Source: a virus
Taxonomy: Duplodnaviria; Heunggongvirae; Uroviricota; Caudoviricetes
Reading direction: 5' to 3' (one strand)
Virus record (IMG/VR): IMGVR_UViG_3300032007_000006
Coordinates: 1 to 64,000 of that record
DNA length: 64,000 nt
In this document: positions 35,401-45,328 of the stretch, one piece after another
Layout: each line of letters starts with the position of its first letter
How positions within the stretch are numbered: position 1 is the first letter of the stretch
Notes under the pieces: model-generated
Told to the model about the DNA's origin: nothing
What the model saw: the letters and a program-made list of their open reading frames with translations, nothing else
Database searches by the model: none
Program-made: the position numbers and the translations under genes

Positions 35401-37957
35401 TGATAGAAATGCAGACATGCTGGCAAACATGCGTAGAAGTCTGCGTGAAGAAAAGAAGCTTGACATTCCATCAATCCTGATTAGCATAGATGAAACTGCA
35501 AAAGACATGCAGAAGAATCTTGACTCTATCTGCAAAATGGTGCGTTTAATCAAGGTTGATGGAATAACGCTTGGAGAAATGCTTGATCACCCAATGACTG
35601 CCAAAGTTGGTGGTGTTGGACAGCAAGGGATGCAAACTCCAGGAGCCCAGGCTGGTGCTGGACAAGCACAATATGGAGCAGGAAATCCTCAATTGTATGC
35701 TGGAGACTCTCCAAGTGGCAACGCGGCTCCGTTTGTTGGAGGAAAAAGGGCTCCTGGCATAGGCGGAAGATATGGAGCCATTGCTGGCAAGAGAGATGAA
35801 CTGGTTCTTGCAAAACCCCAAAGAGCATTAAACGCTCGAGGAAAGCATATGGACTGGTCGCAGGCCACAAACAATCCAGGCAATGTTGGCAATACAGACC
35901 AGGGTGGAACATACATTTTCCCAGATTTGCAGTCTGGTTTGAAGGCGCAGAGAGATCTTCTTAAGGAAAGATATACAACAGATGGTAGAGGAAATCGTTT
36001 AACATTGACTCAAATGTGCCAGAAATATACTCCTACCTGCTGGCGCACGGCCCTGCCAACCTGGTCGAAATATTCTGGAATTGGAGTGAATGAAGTTCCA
36101 AATTTGGATGATCCTCAAGTGATGGCTAGACTAATGAAAGCCATTCACATTGCAGAAGGTAGTGCAAGCTGGGTATCGCCTGATGAAGTTGACTACGCTT
36201 TAGGCTTGAAGCAGATGCCACAAGGCTATCAAAAGAAGGACTACAGACAGTTGACTGAAAAAGGAAAGGCGCTTCTTGCCCAAGGTTCTCCACATGAGCA
36301 GACAATGAATCCTGCTCCAAGTCCTTCTTCCACTCCTCCATCATCTGTTATTCCACAAGCGCAGTTTGTGCCTGCGGCAAATGGTGATCCATATAAGCAG
36401 ACGCTTGTTCCACAACAGCAAAGTCCAGCGGCTAATCCAACAATGAATCCAGTTCAAGGTGGAGAAGGATTTAATGGAGATTCATCAAGTGTTATTAATT
36501 TTGGTTCCGCTTCAGCACAAAAAAGTTTTGATTCGATAAATCCAACATTTAGAGCAAGACTACTTGGTGCAGCTCAAGAATTTTTAAGTAAAACTGGAAA
36601 AAAGATTCGTATTAGTGGACCTCGAAGCAGCAGAAGAACTATTAATGAACAAAGTGGAATTAAAGCTCAAAACAAGGAAGGCTATGCAGCAGACCCTTCT
36701 TTTGATGCACCACATGTACAGGGATTAGCTGTAGATGTTAAAAAAGAAGATGCTTCGGCAATGGATAATCTTGGTCTTTTGACTAAGTTTAATTTGTCAA
36801 GACCGTTATGGAATAACGGAAAGGGAATTGTTGATAGAAAAGGACGTCATATTGTAGAAGAGTGGCATATTGAACCAGCAGAAAGACGAGTTAGCAGTGC
36901 CGCAGGAGCCGCGGCAAAGGATTCCAGAACTTTAATGTCCATTTTTGGAGCATCTCCAGAATATTTTGGAGCATCTGGAAAAGATTATTCTGGTTCTGGT
37001 TTAACTGGTAAAAATCCATCTGTTCCTGGATTGTCTAAAACCAATCCAATTCAGAATACTCCACCAATGGCGGCACAGAATACGCCCCCAATTGCAAATG
37101 TTCCACCAACACCACCATCCGGTGGAACAATGCAGCCAATGCAGCAGCAAGCACATACACCTGGAATGGGATTAGGCGGACAAAGTGGTACTCCACAGTA
37201 TGGTGGTGGAAATCTTGCATCCAGACTGCTTGGCATTGCAAGGAAAAATGCAGAAATATCCGGAGTTCATGGATATAGCAAAGGGAATCGTGAAGGCACA
37301 AATCAATTCGACTGTTCTTCATTTGTTGGAAGAAGCTTGCAGGAAGCTGGATACAATGTAGGACCAATTAGCAACTTTAATACGGGAACCATGGGTGGAA
37401 TTCTTAAAAATCTTGGATTCCAGTGGCATGATGGTCTTGATGGAGTGCAGCCAGGCGACATTGTATGGGGAAATGGCCATACTGAAATTGCCATTGGTGG
37501 TGGAAAGAGCATTGGTGCTTTAAATCCAAGGAAGGGTGTAGGCATTCATCCTTTATCCTGGCACAGATATACAGGCTACTGGAGAGATGGTGCAATTTCT
37601 CAAATGTCTCCAGAAGAAGCCGCAGTAGTTGGACAGACTCCATCAATTCAAGGTGGACCAAATCCTGCAATTCCAGGCCAAGGTGGCAATGTTCGCGATG
37701 CAATGGGTGGAGTGCAGGTGCCAGACATGGGACAGGCCGCTGGACCAAGTGCTGGACCACAGATTCAGGGTTCTCCGCAGGCCCAGGCCCAGCAGGCTGC
37801 ACAGGCCTACTATGAGTCTGGAGGTGGTGGAAACGTCTATGCTCCAACAACCAATGTTATGGGAGGTGGTGGAAATGCAGACAAGGGTGGAGCAACGTTC
37901 CTCACAACAAAGGATCCAATGAGCTGGATAATACTTCAGGGAAATACTGTTCACTAG
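32438..37957 (+). CDS. tape-measure/baseplate hub (gp29-like) protein with three peptidoglycan hydrolase domains
   Basis: Coiled-coil and Gly-rich helical N-half, GEKGAE/GEGKEDEAVMP motifs, NNPGN, HVQGLAVDV..EEWHIE (M15), FDCSSF..GHT (NlpC/P60); lies before gp48/gp53. Confidence 0.8.
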   Translation: MDTTSATSTPLSIKNILESVADARENLIQRLQGIEDNLNKKYGQEITALESDYTRNTKAEEEKYQNDRQKLIKEHPDDKSRLEELEKKHTETLKSFQEKLNKAVHDVKSKAIEEIIGVISGIDSRLSKDDLTFSDLGYVLNQIKAELTINSAVKFLSEWHDNIQTLSKGLSDDTGFAAKKYSELKTLLAKSEESAKKVTEGVSNVGESMAEADAQFKEAFDGIIRDFAKKITEENKTDKDLLNAIAIAHGGAEKSLEDLKKTYSTLDGVQDQKIEGALKKSIVEMLRARHKDLDKNEEALDKIADVYIKHAQSRKKLVSAVEGAESGWEKARKVREKYIAKDTVGGRLLKMIVAGSKASKEKRGFYAGMRDSIKEDVRKDYDSFFYKDATGLLGNGRAYLGAFLESLFLHKRKIKTAEKDFQKNGEEAEQKIRQIATSAGKVQPSIGTGGNSTAPEVATGKASGHAAGKRNIEDGIHVVGEKGAELLVKQGNSVSVLQIKPDVSAPASIGVSPSGASQGQSMESSAEFERKQQETEDRHSIAKHTETIVELLREGNEIAKKKETEKKGGGSLLDSLFGLLGMFKPLLKNLLKGLGKLGKFGASLFKKAGSLLGRGARGLGGALKTGGRMGLNALKGAGGLAKGILGKLGPAAMIGMGLYDAYQGWNDEDLHRRAFGLKEGEKASTGQKIQAGMASAGAGILNIGSDIASFFGMDSLAEKIRIDPATLAQAYQTPLKSFGKMITGLTDGVPILGDAVKGLGDFIDSSPMLKGAVDWLDDHNPTKLLTEGIGSAVDWISSDHKWEDVKKGCGNILGTISGGMSDLWKGITGNFSKTNDWLKKKSDVVFNFIKEYNPLALILKGYEKIKGFVMEKYQKITSWWEENNPFNPIINFFTSIGEFFKSLKLSSMLENVLDIPGRDYLLGWLRDKGLASGAYVRSSSRGTLAVIGEGKEDEAVMPISKLARFALESFDLLEGRMSGFANADTHHGDRNADMLANMRRSLREEKKLDIPSILISIDETAKDMQKNLDSICKMVRLIKVDGITLGEMLDHPMTAKVGGVGQQGMQTPGAQAGAGQAQYGAGNPQLYAGDSPSGNAAPFVGGKRAPGIGGRYGAIAGKRDELVLAKPQRALNARGKHMDWSQATNNPGNVGNTDQGGTYIFPDLQSGLKAQRDLLKERYTTDGRGNRLTLTQMCQKYTPTCWRTALPTWSKYSGIGVNEVPNLDDPQVMARLMKAIHIAEGSASWVSPDEVDYALGLKQMPQGYQKKDYRQLTEKGKALLAQGSPHEQTMNPAPSPSSTPPSSVIPQAQFVPAANGDPYKQTLVPQQQSPAANPTMNPVQGGEGFNGDSSSVINFGSASAQKSFDSINPTFRARLLGAAQEFLSKTGKKIRISGPRSSRRTINEQSGIKAQNKEGYAADPSFDAPHVQGLAVDVKKEDASAMDNLGLLTKFNLSRPLWNNGKGIVDRKGRHIVEEWHIEPAERRVSSAAGAAAKDSRTLMSIFGASPEYFGASGKDYSGSGLTGKNPSVPGLSKTNPIQNTPPMAAQNTPPIANVPPTPPSGGTMQPMQQQAHTPGMGLGGQSGTPQYGGGNLASRLLGIARKNAEISGVHGYSKGNREGTNQFDCSSFVGRSLQEAGYNVGPISNFNTGTMGGILKNLGFQWHDGLDGVQPGDIVWGNGHTEIAIGGGKSIGALNPRKGVGIHPLSWHRYTGYWRDGAISQMSPEEAAVVGQTPSIQGGPNPAIPGQGGNVRDAMGGVQVPDMGQAAGPSAGPQIQGSPQAQAQQAAQAYYESGGGGNVYAPTTNVMGGGGNADKGGATFLTTKDPMSWIILQGNTVH

Positions 37958-37996
37958 TGCAAAATAAATTGTAAATAATTTGATTGGCGCAACGAT

Positions 37997-39049
37997 ATGG
38001 CAGGCGGCGACACAAATATTTTTGCAAAGTACAAAATTCCGGAAAATTTTTTTGAAATTGACGTTAGCGATGCAAATGGCAAAAAAACCGGAGTTAAGGT
38101 AAGAACTACTGGAAGCAAGTCTTTATACGGCAATGGAGGCATTCGTGCTGAACGCGCTGGATATACAACTCTTCAACCAGTAGAATATAAAACTCAAGTT
38201 CCTGTTGGATCATTCTATCTTCCATTGCCAGATTCATTTTATATCGCTTCGGACTATAGCTGGTCGGACAAATCGGAAGAAGGTCTAGCCGAATTTATGA
38301 GTCGTATTGGACAAGAAAGAGCGGCCGGACGCGATCTTGATTTAAAAACGGCTTTTGATGCCGCAGCCATGGGTGCTGGTCGTTCATGGATTAATAAAGT
38401 AAGAACCGCTTTTGCTGGAAAAGCTCCAGCCGGAATAAATGTTGACGGAGCTGTTGATGCATTTCTTCGTGGTGCTGGAGTTGCATATAATCCAAACAAG
38501 CAGCTTTATTTTGAAGGTCCATCATTTTCTACTGCTGTGTGGAACTTCAAGTTTGCTCCAAAAAGTGCATCTGAAGCTGCTATCATATACAATACAGCCA
38601 AGTGCATTTTTATTTTAACCGCACCTGGTGCTGATGGTAATAATACTTTTAGTCTGCTTGGTAGATTACTAACTGATGTGTTTAACATATTTCAGACTCA
38701 ATCGCCAGAAGAAGAGAAGCAGAGGAATGAAAAAGCAACAAAGGATGCATTGAAGGAAATGCAGGCCAAAATTGGAACTTTTGGATACATTTCATCAACG
38801 CAGCCAGCATTTTTCACATATCCAGTTCTTTGGGATGTTGGTTTTCATGTACCTACGAATTATGGAGCAAAGCCAGTATTTGAATGGAAGCGTCTTGCCG
38901 TCACTTCAATCAAGCTTAATTTTGGTTCAAACATGAAGTGGCATGCTGATGGATATCCAGTGCAAATGGATATGGACTTCAACGTACAAGAAACAATAAT
39001 CAGACATGCAGCAAACATGCCTCTTGTTATGCCAACATTAATCAATTAG
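37997..39049 (+). CDS. gp48: baseplate tail-tube cap (T4 gp48-like)
   Basis: YLPLP, AYNPNKQLYFEG..F..NFKFAPKSASEA, FTYP, DGYP..F..QE. Confidence 0.8.
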   Translation: MAGGDTNIFAKYKIPENFFEIDVSDANGKKTGVKVRTTGSKSLYGNGGIRAERAGYTTLQPVEYKTQVPVGSFYLPLPDSFYIASDYSWSDKSEEGLAEFMSRIGQERAAGRDLDLKTAFDAAAMGAGRSWINKVRTAFAGKAPAGINVDGAVDAFLRGAGVAYNPNKQLYFEGPSFSTAVWNFKFAPKSASEAAIIYNTAKCIFILTAPGADGNNTFSLLGRLLTDVFNIFQTQSPEEEKQRNEKATKDALKEMQAKIGTFGYISSTQPAFFTYPVLWDVGFHVPTNYGAKPVFEWKRLAVTSIKLNFGSNMKWHADGYPVQMDMDFNVQETIIRHAANMPLVMPTLIN

Positions 39050-39059
39050 GGAGAAAAAT

Positions 39060-39647
39060 ATGCATGATACTGAACTTCTTCCTATTATAGAATACAATGG
39101 AGAAAAAATAAAAGACATTTCCAGAAGATTTGTCATTAAATGGATACAGTCTAGACATTCCAAGCCATACTGGTTTGAGCATAGGATGGAAGGATGGAAG
39201 TCCATTGAAAATGTAGCCTATGACTTCTATGGTTCATGCAACTACATATGGGCTATTATGGTTGCAAACAACATCATTCATCCAATTCATGACTGGCTGA
39301 AAAAGGAAGAAGAAGTAATGCGTCTGGCCGAGCAGAAGTATGGAGCGGAGTTTCTCAACTATCCACATCATTATGAATATAATGACATGAAATATACCAC
39401 TCGGCTCAAGACTCTTGTTGATGCCAGAAAGACAAAGGCCAAGTATGGATATGCAATACCTCAGGACGTCTATGATGCGGTGCTTGAACAGCATGTCAAT
39501 TCCGTTAATGAAATCTATGCTGGAGACATAAAGGTTGTTACCAACATACAGTATGAAATTGAACAAAACGAAAAGAAAAGAATTATCAAGGTAATATATC
39601 CTTCCATAATATCAGACATTGAATCAGAAATGGAGAAGATTTTCTAG
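39060..39647 (+). CDS. gp53: baseplate wedge subunit (T4 gp53-like)
   Basis: IENVAYDFYG..YIWAIMVANNIIHP..DW..KYG..HHYE..YE..NEKKRIIKVI. Confidence 0.88.
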   Translation: MHDTELLPIIEYNGEKIKDISRRFVIKWIQSRHSKPYWFEHRMEGWKSIENVAYDFYGSCNYIWAIMVANNIIHPIHDWLKKEEEVMRLAEQKYGAEFLNYPHHYEYNDMKYTTRLKTLVDARKTKAKYGYAIPQDVYDAVLEQHVNSVNEIYAGDIKVVTNIQYEIEQNEKKRIIKVIYPSIISDIESEMEKIF

Positions 39648-41213
39648 ATGCCATCACCATTTGTCCCAACAGTAGCACGAAGTGGAACAGTAAAGATTGA
39701 AACGTGCAACATCATCAACATGGCCACGCAAAACGTGCTTGACATTAGAAGCATTGCTAGAAGAATTACAATCTGCAATTCGCTGGACGTGATGACAACT
39801 TCTGGATGGCTTGAGGTTCTGGATCAGGGAAATGCCATAGAAGAATATTCCATGAATGGACAGGAAATCCTGGACATCAGCATCACTTTAAATGCGGATG
39901 CTGGTTCTTCAGATTTAAACTCATACAAGAGGCGTTTTCTTGTCTATGGAATAGAAAACATAGCGGCTATGAAGGATCAAATGGTGTACAAGATTCTCTT
40001 CATTGATCCATTTGCCCTAATGAATACAGATACAAGAATATCATGGCATTTTAAGAATGTCAAGGGCGAGGACATCATAAAGAAGATTGGAGACATAGCC
40101 CAAAATGCAGTAAATGCTCCATATCGGCAGGCCATGTCAATGTCTTTTGGTGGAAGCGGAGGCATAAGTTCCAGTCAGGGACTATTTGACTTCAAAGCGG
40201 ACGTCAGCACACAGCATGAACTGGACATCTATGTTCCAATGATGAAGCCATTTGAATTGATACGCTATCTTGCCGATAGAGTTGTTTCAAGCGGAAATCA
40301 GTCCGATGGTGGAGACAACAACTGCTCCTGGTCCGACTGCGTATTCTATCAGGACAAGAATGGAAAGTTTCATTTAAACAGCTTCAAAAATTTATTCAAA
40401 AATGGAAGTCCAATTACGCTAAGTCAGCAGATTGCAGACAATGCAACGCAGGAAAAGCAGCATCTTATTGAATCCTACAGCTTCAACAAAATATACAACA
40501 TTCAGGTGGACAAGCTGAATGGCATTTATGGAGTTCAGTATGCCATTGCAGACTTCAAGCCAAGCACAAAGAAGGCCACGCAACAGTCTGTTCTTGGAAC
40601 AAGCATCATGGCCACTAGTGGCATAGATCAGAAAAACAACAGTCTTTCTTTAAGAAACACTATTGCAAGATACTTCGACAACAAGCTTGGACCGTTTTCA
40701 CTTTCCGATGATGGAAGCAGTGGAGGAAATGAAAAGGCTGGATTTATTCGTCCATGGCAGTGCAATCCAAGACAGCCTCCCTTGCAGTCTGTTCAGACAA
40801 CTGGAGAGCAGCCAGGTCAGCAGAAGCAGGCTGTTTACGAAAATCAGGCCGGAGCATTGATATTTCTTGATGCGTGTGGAATTATTCATGAAGATGACAA
40901 CACATACAACGAATACAAGCGAGTCGCGCTTCCGTATGTCAATGGATGCATAATGAAGAAGGTTCTTTCATCCTATGTCATTAACGTTGTAATGAATGGT
41001 GCCTTTGACATGGACGTGGGAAGATCATTTGTAATCAAGCTAGATAAGAATGAAGGTCCGAAGCAGATGGCTGTCTTTGTTGGGGACGTCATTTGGGTGA
41101 TTTCTGATGTAAAGCACGAATGGAGAGCCGACACTATGGAAATGAAGACATATGTCACTGGATTCAGTCCATTCCTGCGTCGTGGAGAAAAGTTCACCAA
41201 CGTGAAGAAATAA
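39648..41213 (+). CDS. baseplate hub protein (T4 gp27-like)
   Basis: Position between gp53 and gp5; SGWLEVLD..NGQE, FYQD..GKFHL.S, G.WVISDVKH motifs. Confidence 0.7.
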   Translation: MPSPFVPTVARSGTVKIETCNIINMATQNVLDIRSIARRITICNSLDVMTTSGWLEVLDQGNAIEEYSMNGQEILDISITLNADAGSSDLNSYKRRFLVYGIENIAAMKDQMVYKILFIDPFALMNTDTRISWHFKNVKGEDIIKKIGDIAQNAVNAPYRQAMSMSFGGSGGISSSQGLFDFKADVSTQHELDIYVPMMKPFELIRYLADRVVSSGNQSDGGDNNCSWSDCVFYQDKNGKFHLNSFKNLFKNGSPITLSQQIADNATQEKQHLIESYSFNKIYNIQVDKLNGIYGVQYAIADFKPSTKKATQQSVLGTSIMATSGIDQKNNSLSLRNTIARYFDNKLGPFSLSDDGSSGGNEKAGFIRPWQCNPRQPPLQSVQTTGEQPGQQKQAVYENQAGALIFLDACGIIHEDDNTYNEYKRVALPYVNGCIMKKVLSSYVINVVMNGAFDMDVGRSFVIKLDKNEGPKQMAVFVGDVIWVISDVKHEWRADTMEMKTYVTGFSPFLRRGEKFTNVKK

Positions 41214-41235
41214 GGACCATTTAAAAGGAGGAAAA

Positions 41236-42864
41236 ATGCTTGATCCCAGATTTTTTCTGGCCACTGTTGTCAGCAATGAAGATCCAGCACTGCGTGGAAG
41301 AGTTCGCATTCGTATTATGGGCGTTCATACGGAAATTACGCAGCCAGCGGATGACATGGTCATTGGAATAGCGGAAAAGGATCTGCCATTTGCACAGTGC
41401 ATGTATCCAGTTACATACACTGGAACTGGAGGAACATGTCCTCCTCCAAGTCTGCAGCCAGGAGACTGGGTTCTTGGCATTTCGCTTGATGGTCCAACAT
41501 ATCAAAATCTCATGGTTCTTGGACTTGCAAAGGCCAAGTTCAATGCAGAAGCTCTTGCTGATGGCTCTCTCAATGCAAATGATGCCTTTAGTTCAGTCAA
41601 GGCGCCTATTCTGGAAAGCGAAGCCGCTAGAACAGCAGATGCAAAGGCGGAAGCGCAGGAAAAGTATGCCGCAAAAACGGCAGAATCAAATTTGCAAAAA
41701 TACAATGCTGAACGTGGTCCAGAATATGAAACTGCAGCCAAGATAGCCGATGACTGGAAGAATAATTCTGGATTGACTAGTGGTGCAAGCACTTCAACCA
41801 ATATTGTTGGATATGGGGCGGGAAGTTCTGGTTCTTCTGGAATGGTGTCCACGGGAAATGCAGTGTTCAACATTCTTTCCTCTCTCAGCGACAGTGGTTC
41901 TCCATTCCTTGATACGTTCAGAGATGAATCTGGTCTGCGGCTGAACACGAATGCATCATCGGATACAGTTAAGGATATCATTGAAGAAGGATACTACAGC
42001 TACTGCTACAAGTATTTCAATGACAACTACACAAACAAGTCTCCAGCCCTTCCGACATATGCATTCAATCTTGGATGTGGTCTGGTTGACGAACTGCTTG
42101 AAGCCTATGGAGATCCAAGAAATTCAAGCATATCCTATGCTCAATTCTACAACAACATGAAAAATGACGGCAAAGTCGAAGAGGCCGCGTATTTCAATGA
42201 AGTTGTTTCCGTTCTAAAAAAGGATGGAAAGACAAGCATAAACTTGTCAGACAAGAATTTAAGCAAATTCAAGAATCATCAGTATCGTCTTTCAAGCCAA
42301 ATTCCAAACGCAAGCTTCAGACTTCTTGGAACTGTTGTATTCCCAACTCTAAGAAGCACCTTGACTCAAAATCAGCAGATGCTTCCGTACTATTCCATTG
42401 AAGGAGACAAGCCACATGAACATATTGGAATTGATCTGGCTTCAATAGAAATTCCAGTTCTGGCCATGGCCGACGGCACGGTGCAGTCGGTTATGACAAC
42501 AAATCCAAAGGACTGCAATTCCGTTGTAATTCTTCATAAAGGCGGCATAAAGACCTTGTACATGCATATGAACAATGTGACTCTCAAAAAGGGAGACATT
42601 GTAAAGGCTGGTCAGCAGATTGGAATTGCTGGTGGTGCTGGATCAAAAGGCAAGGATACTCATAGCGTTCATCTGCATTTTGCAATCAAGAAGGAAACAA
42701 AAATTATTGATCCGTATTCCTTTTTGACAAAGGATCTTGGATTTGCCATCAATGCGTATTCGTCTGCCGACTATTATAGAAGAGGACCATTGAAGAAGAC
42801 AGATACAATGTACAATGACCTGCAGAAAAATCGAAATTCAGACAACATAGCATGGAGTTTCTAG
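41236..42864 (+). CDS. gp5: gp5 N-terminal OB-fold fused to M23 peptidase
   Basis: VVSNEDPALRGRVRIRIMGVHT..DLPFA..GDWVLG; HIGIDLA..VLAMADGTV..YMHM..GQQIG..HLHF. Confidence 0.88.
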   Translation: MLDPRFFLATVVSNEDPALRGRVRIRIMGVHTEITQPADDMVIGIAEKDLPFAQCMYPVTYTGTGGTCPPPSLQPGDWVLGISLDGPTYQNLMVLGLAKAKFNAEALADGSLNANDAFSSVKAPILESEAARTADAKAEAQEKYAAKTAESNLQKYNAERGPEYETAAKIADDWKNNSGLTSGASTSTNIVGYGAGSSGSSGMVSTGNAVFNILSSLSDSGSPFLDTFRDESGLRLNTNASSDTVKDIIEEGYYSYCYKYFNDNYTNKSPALPTYAFNLGCGLVDELLEAYGDPRNSSISYAQFYNNMKNDGKVEEAAYFNEVVSVLKKDGKTSINLSDKNLSKFKNHQYRLSSQIPNASFRLLGTVVFPTLRSTLTQNQQMLPYYSIEGDKPHEHIGIDLASIEIPVLAMADGTVQSVMTTNPKDCNSVVILHKGGIKTLYMHMNNVTLKKGDIVKAGQQIGIAGGAGSKGKDTHSVHLHFAIKKETKIIDPYSFLTKDLGFAINAYSSADYYRRGPLKKTDTMYNDLQKNRNSDNIAWSF

Positions 42865-42868
42865 CATT

Positions 42869-44632
42869 ATGGAAATGAGCACTGAAAAAAAGGCCAGTCC
42901 ATTCACGGCAAAAAACAGGGAATGTCCTGTACCAACTTTAGAAACGCAGGTCATTGGTTCTTCTGGCGATCCGGAGGTTGGAAGTGGTTCTGAAACGGCA
43001 GAAATGATTGAACTTAGACTCAATGCCGAATCATTGATAAACCACTGGGGACAGGACATTCCAGCAACTCCAGAAGACGTAACTCCATACACCATAAACA
43101 GATATTTCGGAAAAGGTCTAGATGGCACTGGATGGAAGGGTGAATTTCCCGTCTGTCAAGAAATTGCAGTAAAGAAAGGAAGTTCAATACTAACGCAGTT
43201 TGCCTACTACTATAGTCTTGTGGACTACATTACAACCACTCTTGGCTTTGGAAGCGTTGGTGGAATAATAAGCGATTTGGTAGATTCCATTGTTCCAGCG
43301 GAAGTCATGAAAATGTATTCCCACTATCAAACGCTGGCCCAGGACTGGCAGAACATCAATCTCTGCATAAGCAACTGGAAGGATTTTAGATTCTGCACTG
43401 AAAATCCAATGGCAGTTCTCAATTCCGTTGATGCCGCACTTCAAAACCTTGAACAGTCTATTCTTGTCATTGATGGTGCCATAGACCATATCATGGACGT
43501 ATATGACACTGTGTCTGGATGGTTTGACAAAGGTGGAGCTGCAGACAAGCTGGAGGACTTTACAGAGACGTTAAGCGAAAAGTTTGCAAACTTTGCAGAG
43601 AATATCGCTGACAAGCTGGCCAATCTTCCACAGTCGGTAATGAATGCTTTTCTAAACTGCCAGTTCATTCAAAACCTTTTCTCTCTGCCAAGAAGAATTT
43701 TAACGCACTGCGCCTCGGCCGCCGCAATTGTCATGTCAATCAGGGCACCAATGTGCTTGATGGATTTTGTGAGGATAATTCAGAAATTAAGGGCGGCCGT
43801 TGCGGAAATGAAAAACTGCGCCGCAACTATTCAGAATACTGCGGCCCAAATCCAGAATATAAAGAACATGATCACGCAGGGCAACTGGATTGGAGTTCTT
43901 GGACAGTTAAACTCTGGAAAGGGACCAGCGAAGCAGGGCGTCAATATCATCGAACATCCATCTTCATTTGGAGCAAAATATCCCCACAATTCGGCCTTTA
44001 CAACGCATGGTGGACACATTCTTGAACTGGACAACACCAAGGGACGTGAAAGAATTCATATTCAGCACAAGAAGGGAACTTCTGTTGAACTGTCGCCTGA
44101 AGGCGATATGCATTCCAAAGTAAAGAAGGACTTCCAGTTGATGGTTGAAGGAAACATAGAAATCAACTCCAACAAGAAAGTTACAATCACTGGAAAGGAT
44201 GGCGTAAAAATAGACTATGGTGGAACTACGTTCCAGATGGACAAGAGTTCCATGGGAATGGGTGGAGACTTTGGAAGCATGAACTGCAATCAGCTGGCCG
44301 TCACTTCGGAATCGGCAAGCATTGCTTCTGCAACAACTCTTACAATGGGTTCGGCGCTGGAAACTAACGTATGCGCCACAAAGTCTCTGTATCTTAGTTC
44401 AATGAAGGAAATTGTAATGATGGCTCCATTGATAACAATAGTTGCTACTGGACCGATGATATCAATGGTTACAATGTCTGGAATGATTGTTGGCGCTGGC
44501 ACTGCTGGCGTTGGATTCATTTCAACGGCCAACACGGCGATAGTTGCGGCAAAAGTTGGAATGTATGGTGCAAATGCATCAAACATCATTGCTGCTGGAG
44601 TGAACATCATTGGTGGACCTAGTGGAGTGTAG
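42869..44632 (+). CDS. gp5 C-terminal (needle beta-helix) protein
   Basis: AKYPHN..T.GGHILELDNTKGRERIHIQHKKGTSVE..G followed by beta-repeats. Confidence 0.82.
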   Translation: MEMSTEKKASPFTAKNRECPVPTLETQVIGSSGDPEVGSGSETAEMIELRLNAESLINHWGQDIPATPEDVTPYTINRYFGKGLDGTGWKGEFPVCQEIAVKKGSSILTQFAYYYSLVDYITTTLGFGSVGGIISDLVDSIVPAEVMKMYSHYQTLAQDWQNINLCISNWKDFRFCTENPMAVLNSVDAALQNLEQSILVIDGAIDHIMDVYDTVSGWFDKGGAADKLEDFTETLSEKFANFAENIADKLANLPQSVMNAFLNCQFIQNLFSLPRRILTHCASAAAIVMSIRAPMCLMDFVRIIQKLRAAVAEMKNCAATIQNTAAQIQNIKNMITQGNWIGVLGQLNSGKGPAKQGVNIIEHPSSFGAKYPHNSAFTTHGGHILELDNTKGRERIHIQHKKGTSVELSPEGDMHSKVKKDFQLMVEGNIEINSNKKVTITGKDGVKIDYGGTTFQMDKSSMGMGGDFGSMNCNQLAVTSESASIASATTLTMGSALETNVCATKSLYLSSMKEIVMMAPLITIVATGPMISMVTMSGMIVGAGTAGVGFISTANTAIVAAKVGMYGANASNIIAAGVNIIGGPSGV

Positions 44633-44634
44633 TA

Positions 44635-45147
44635 ATGGCTATTGATCAAAAGAAGCTTATGGGTGCATTTGGACTGGAACCTGTGCAAAATACAGTTCCT
44701 CCATCCAATTCATTTGCGGCAGAAGAAGATGAAGATGATGATCCGTTTCTTCCTGGACTTCCAGAACTGGATGGCACTTCAACTCGTCTTCCTCCCATAG
44801 TTCAGAATACTGAAGCCCCACCTCCATCTCCGCAGGACTTCAATACCGATGTAGACTACATCAGAAGAACGCAGGCCTCTCTCATAGGGGAGTCACAGCG
44901 TCTGGTGCAGATTGCAATGGAGAATGCGGAGTCTGGCTCTTCAAAGGACATCTTTGCCGCGGCAGACACCATCAGGGCGGCTTCCGAGACTACAGAACGC
45001 CTGTTGACTGTACATGAAAAAATACAGGCCATGCAGGAGAAGGAAGGCCTTGGAAATGGCAATACATTTGTGCAGAATCAAGTTGTGTTTCAGGGAACAA
45101 CTGAAGATGCAATGAAGATGATTAGGAACAAAATGAACAATGGATAG
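44635..45147 (+). CDS. gp16: terminase small subunit (T4 gp16-like)
   Basis: D.DYIR..L..AME.AESG..F..LL..H....N.VVFQGTTED. Confidence 0.75.
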   Translation: MAIDQKKLMGAFGLEPVQNTVPPSNSFAAEEDEDDDPFLPGLPELDGTSTRLPPIVQNTEAPPPSPQDFNTDVDYIRRTQASLIGESQRLVQIAMENAESGSSKDIFAAADTIRAASETTERLLTVHEKIQAMQEKEGLGNGNTFVQNQVVFQGTTEDAMKMIRNKMNNG

Positions 45148-45298
45148 AACAGTTGAATGCGAAATATGCGGAAAGTCTATTCCTTGGAAGGACTTTCAGC
45201 GGCATCTTGTTAAAGAACACCACCTGCTGTTTGTACAGTACATTGGACTTGTGGCAAAGTCCTTCAATATGCTGAAATGGCTGGATGAAAGTAAATAG
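45140..45298 (+). CDS. C2H2 zinc-finger microprotein (52 aa, not in ORF track)
   Basis: MDRTVECEICGKSIPWKDFQRHLVKEH... Confidence 0.65.
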   Translation: MDRTVECEICGKSIPWKDFQRHLVKEHHLLFVQYIGLVAKSFNMLKWLDESK

Positions 45299-45328
45299 TT
45301 AAACAACTGTTGGATTTGGAGAATAATT

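Noticed and set aside
42855-42875. Programmed frameshift joining the two gp5 halves
   Set aside because: No slippery heptamer is seen, and GGAG precedes the second ATG, which supports independent initiation
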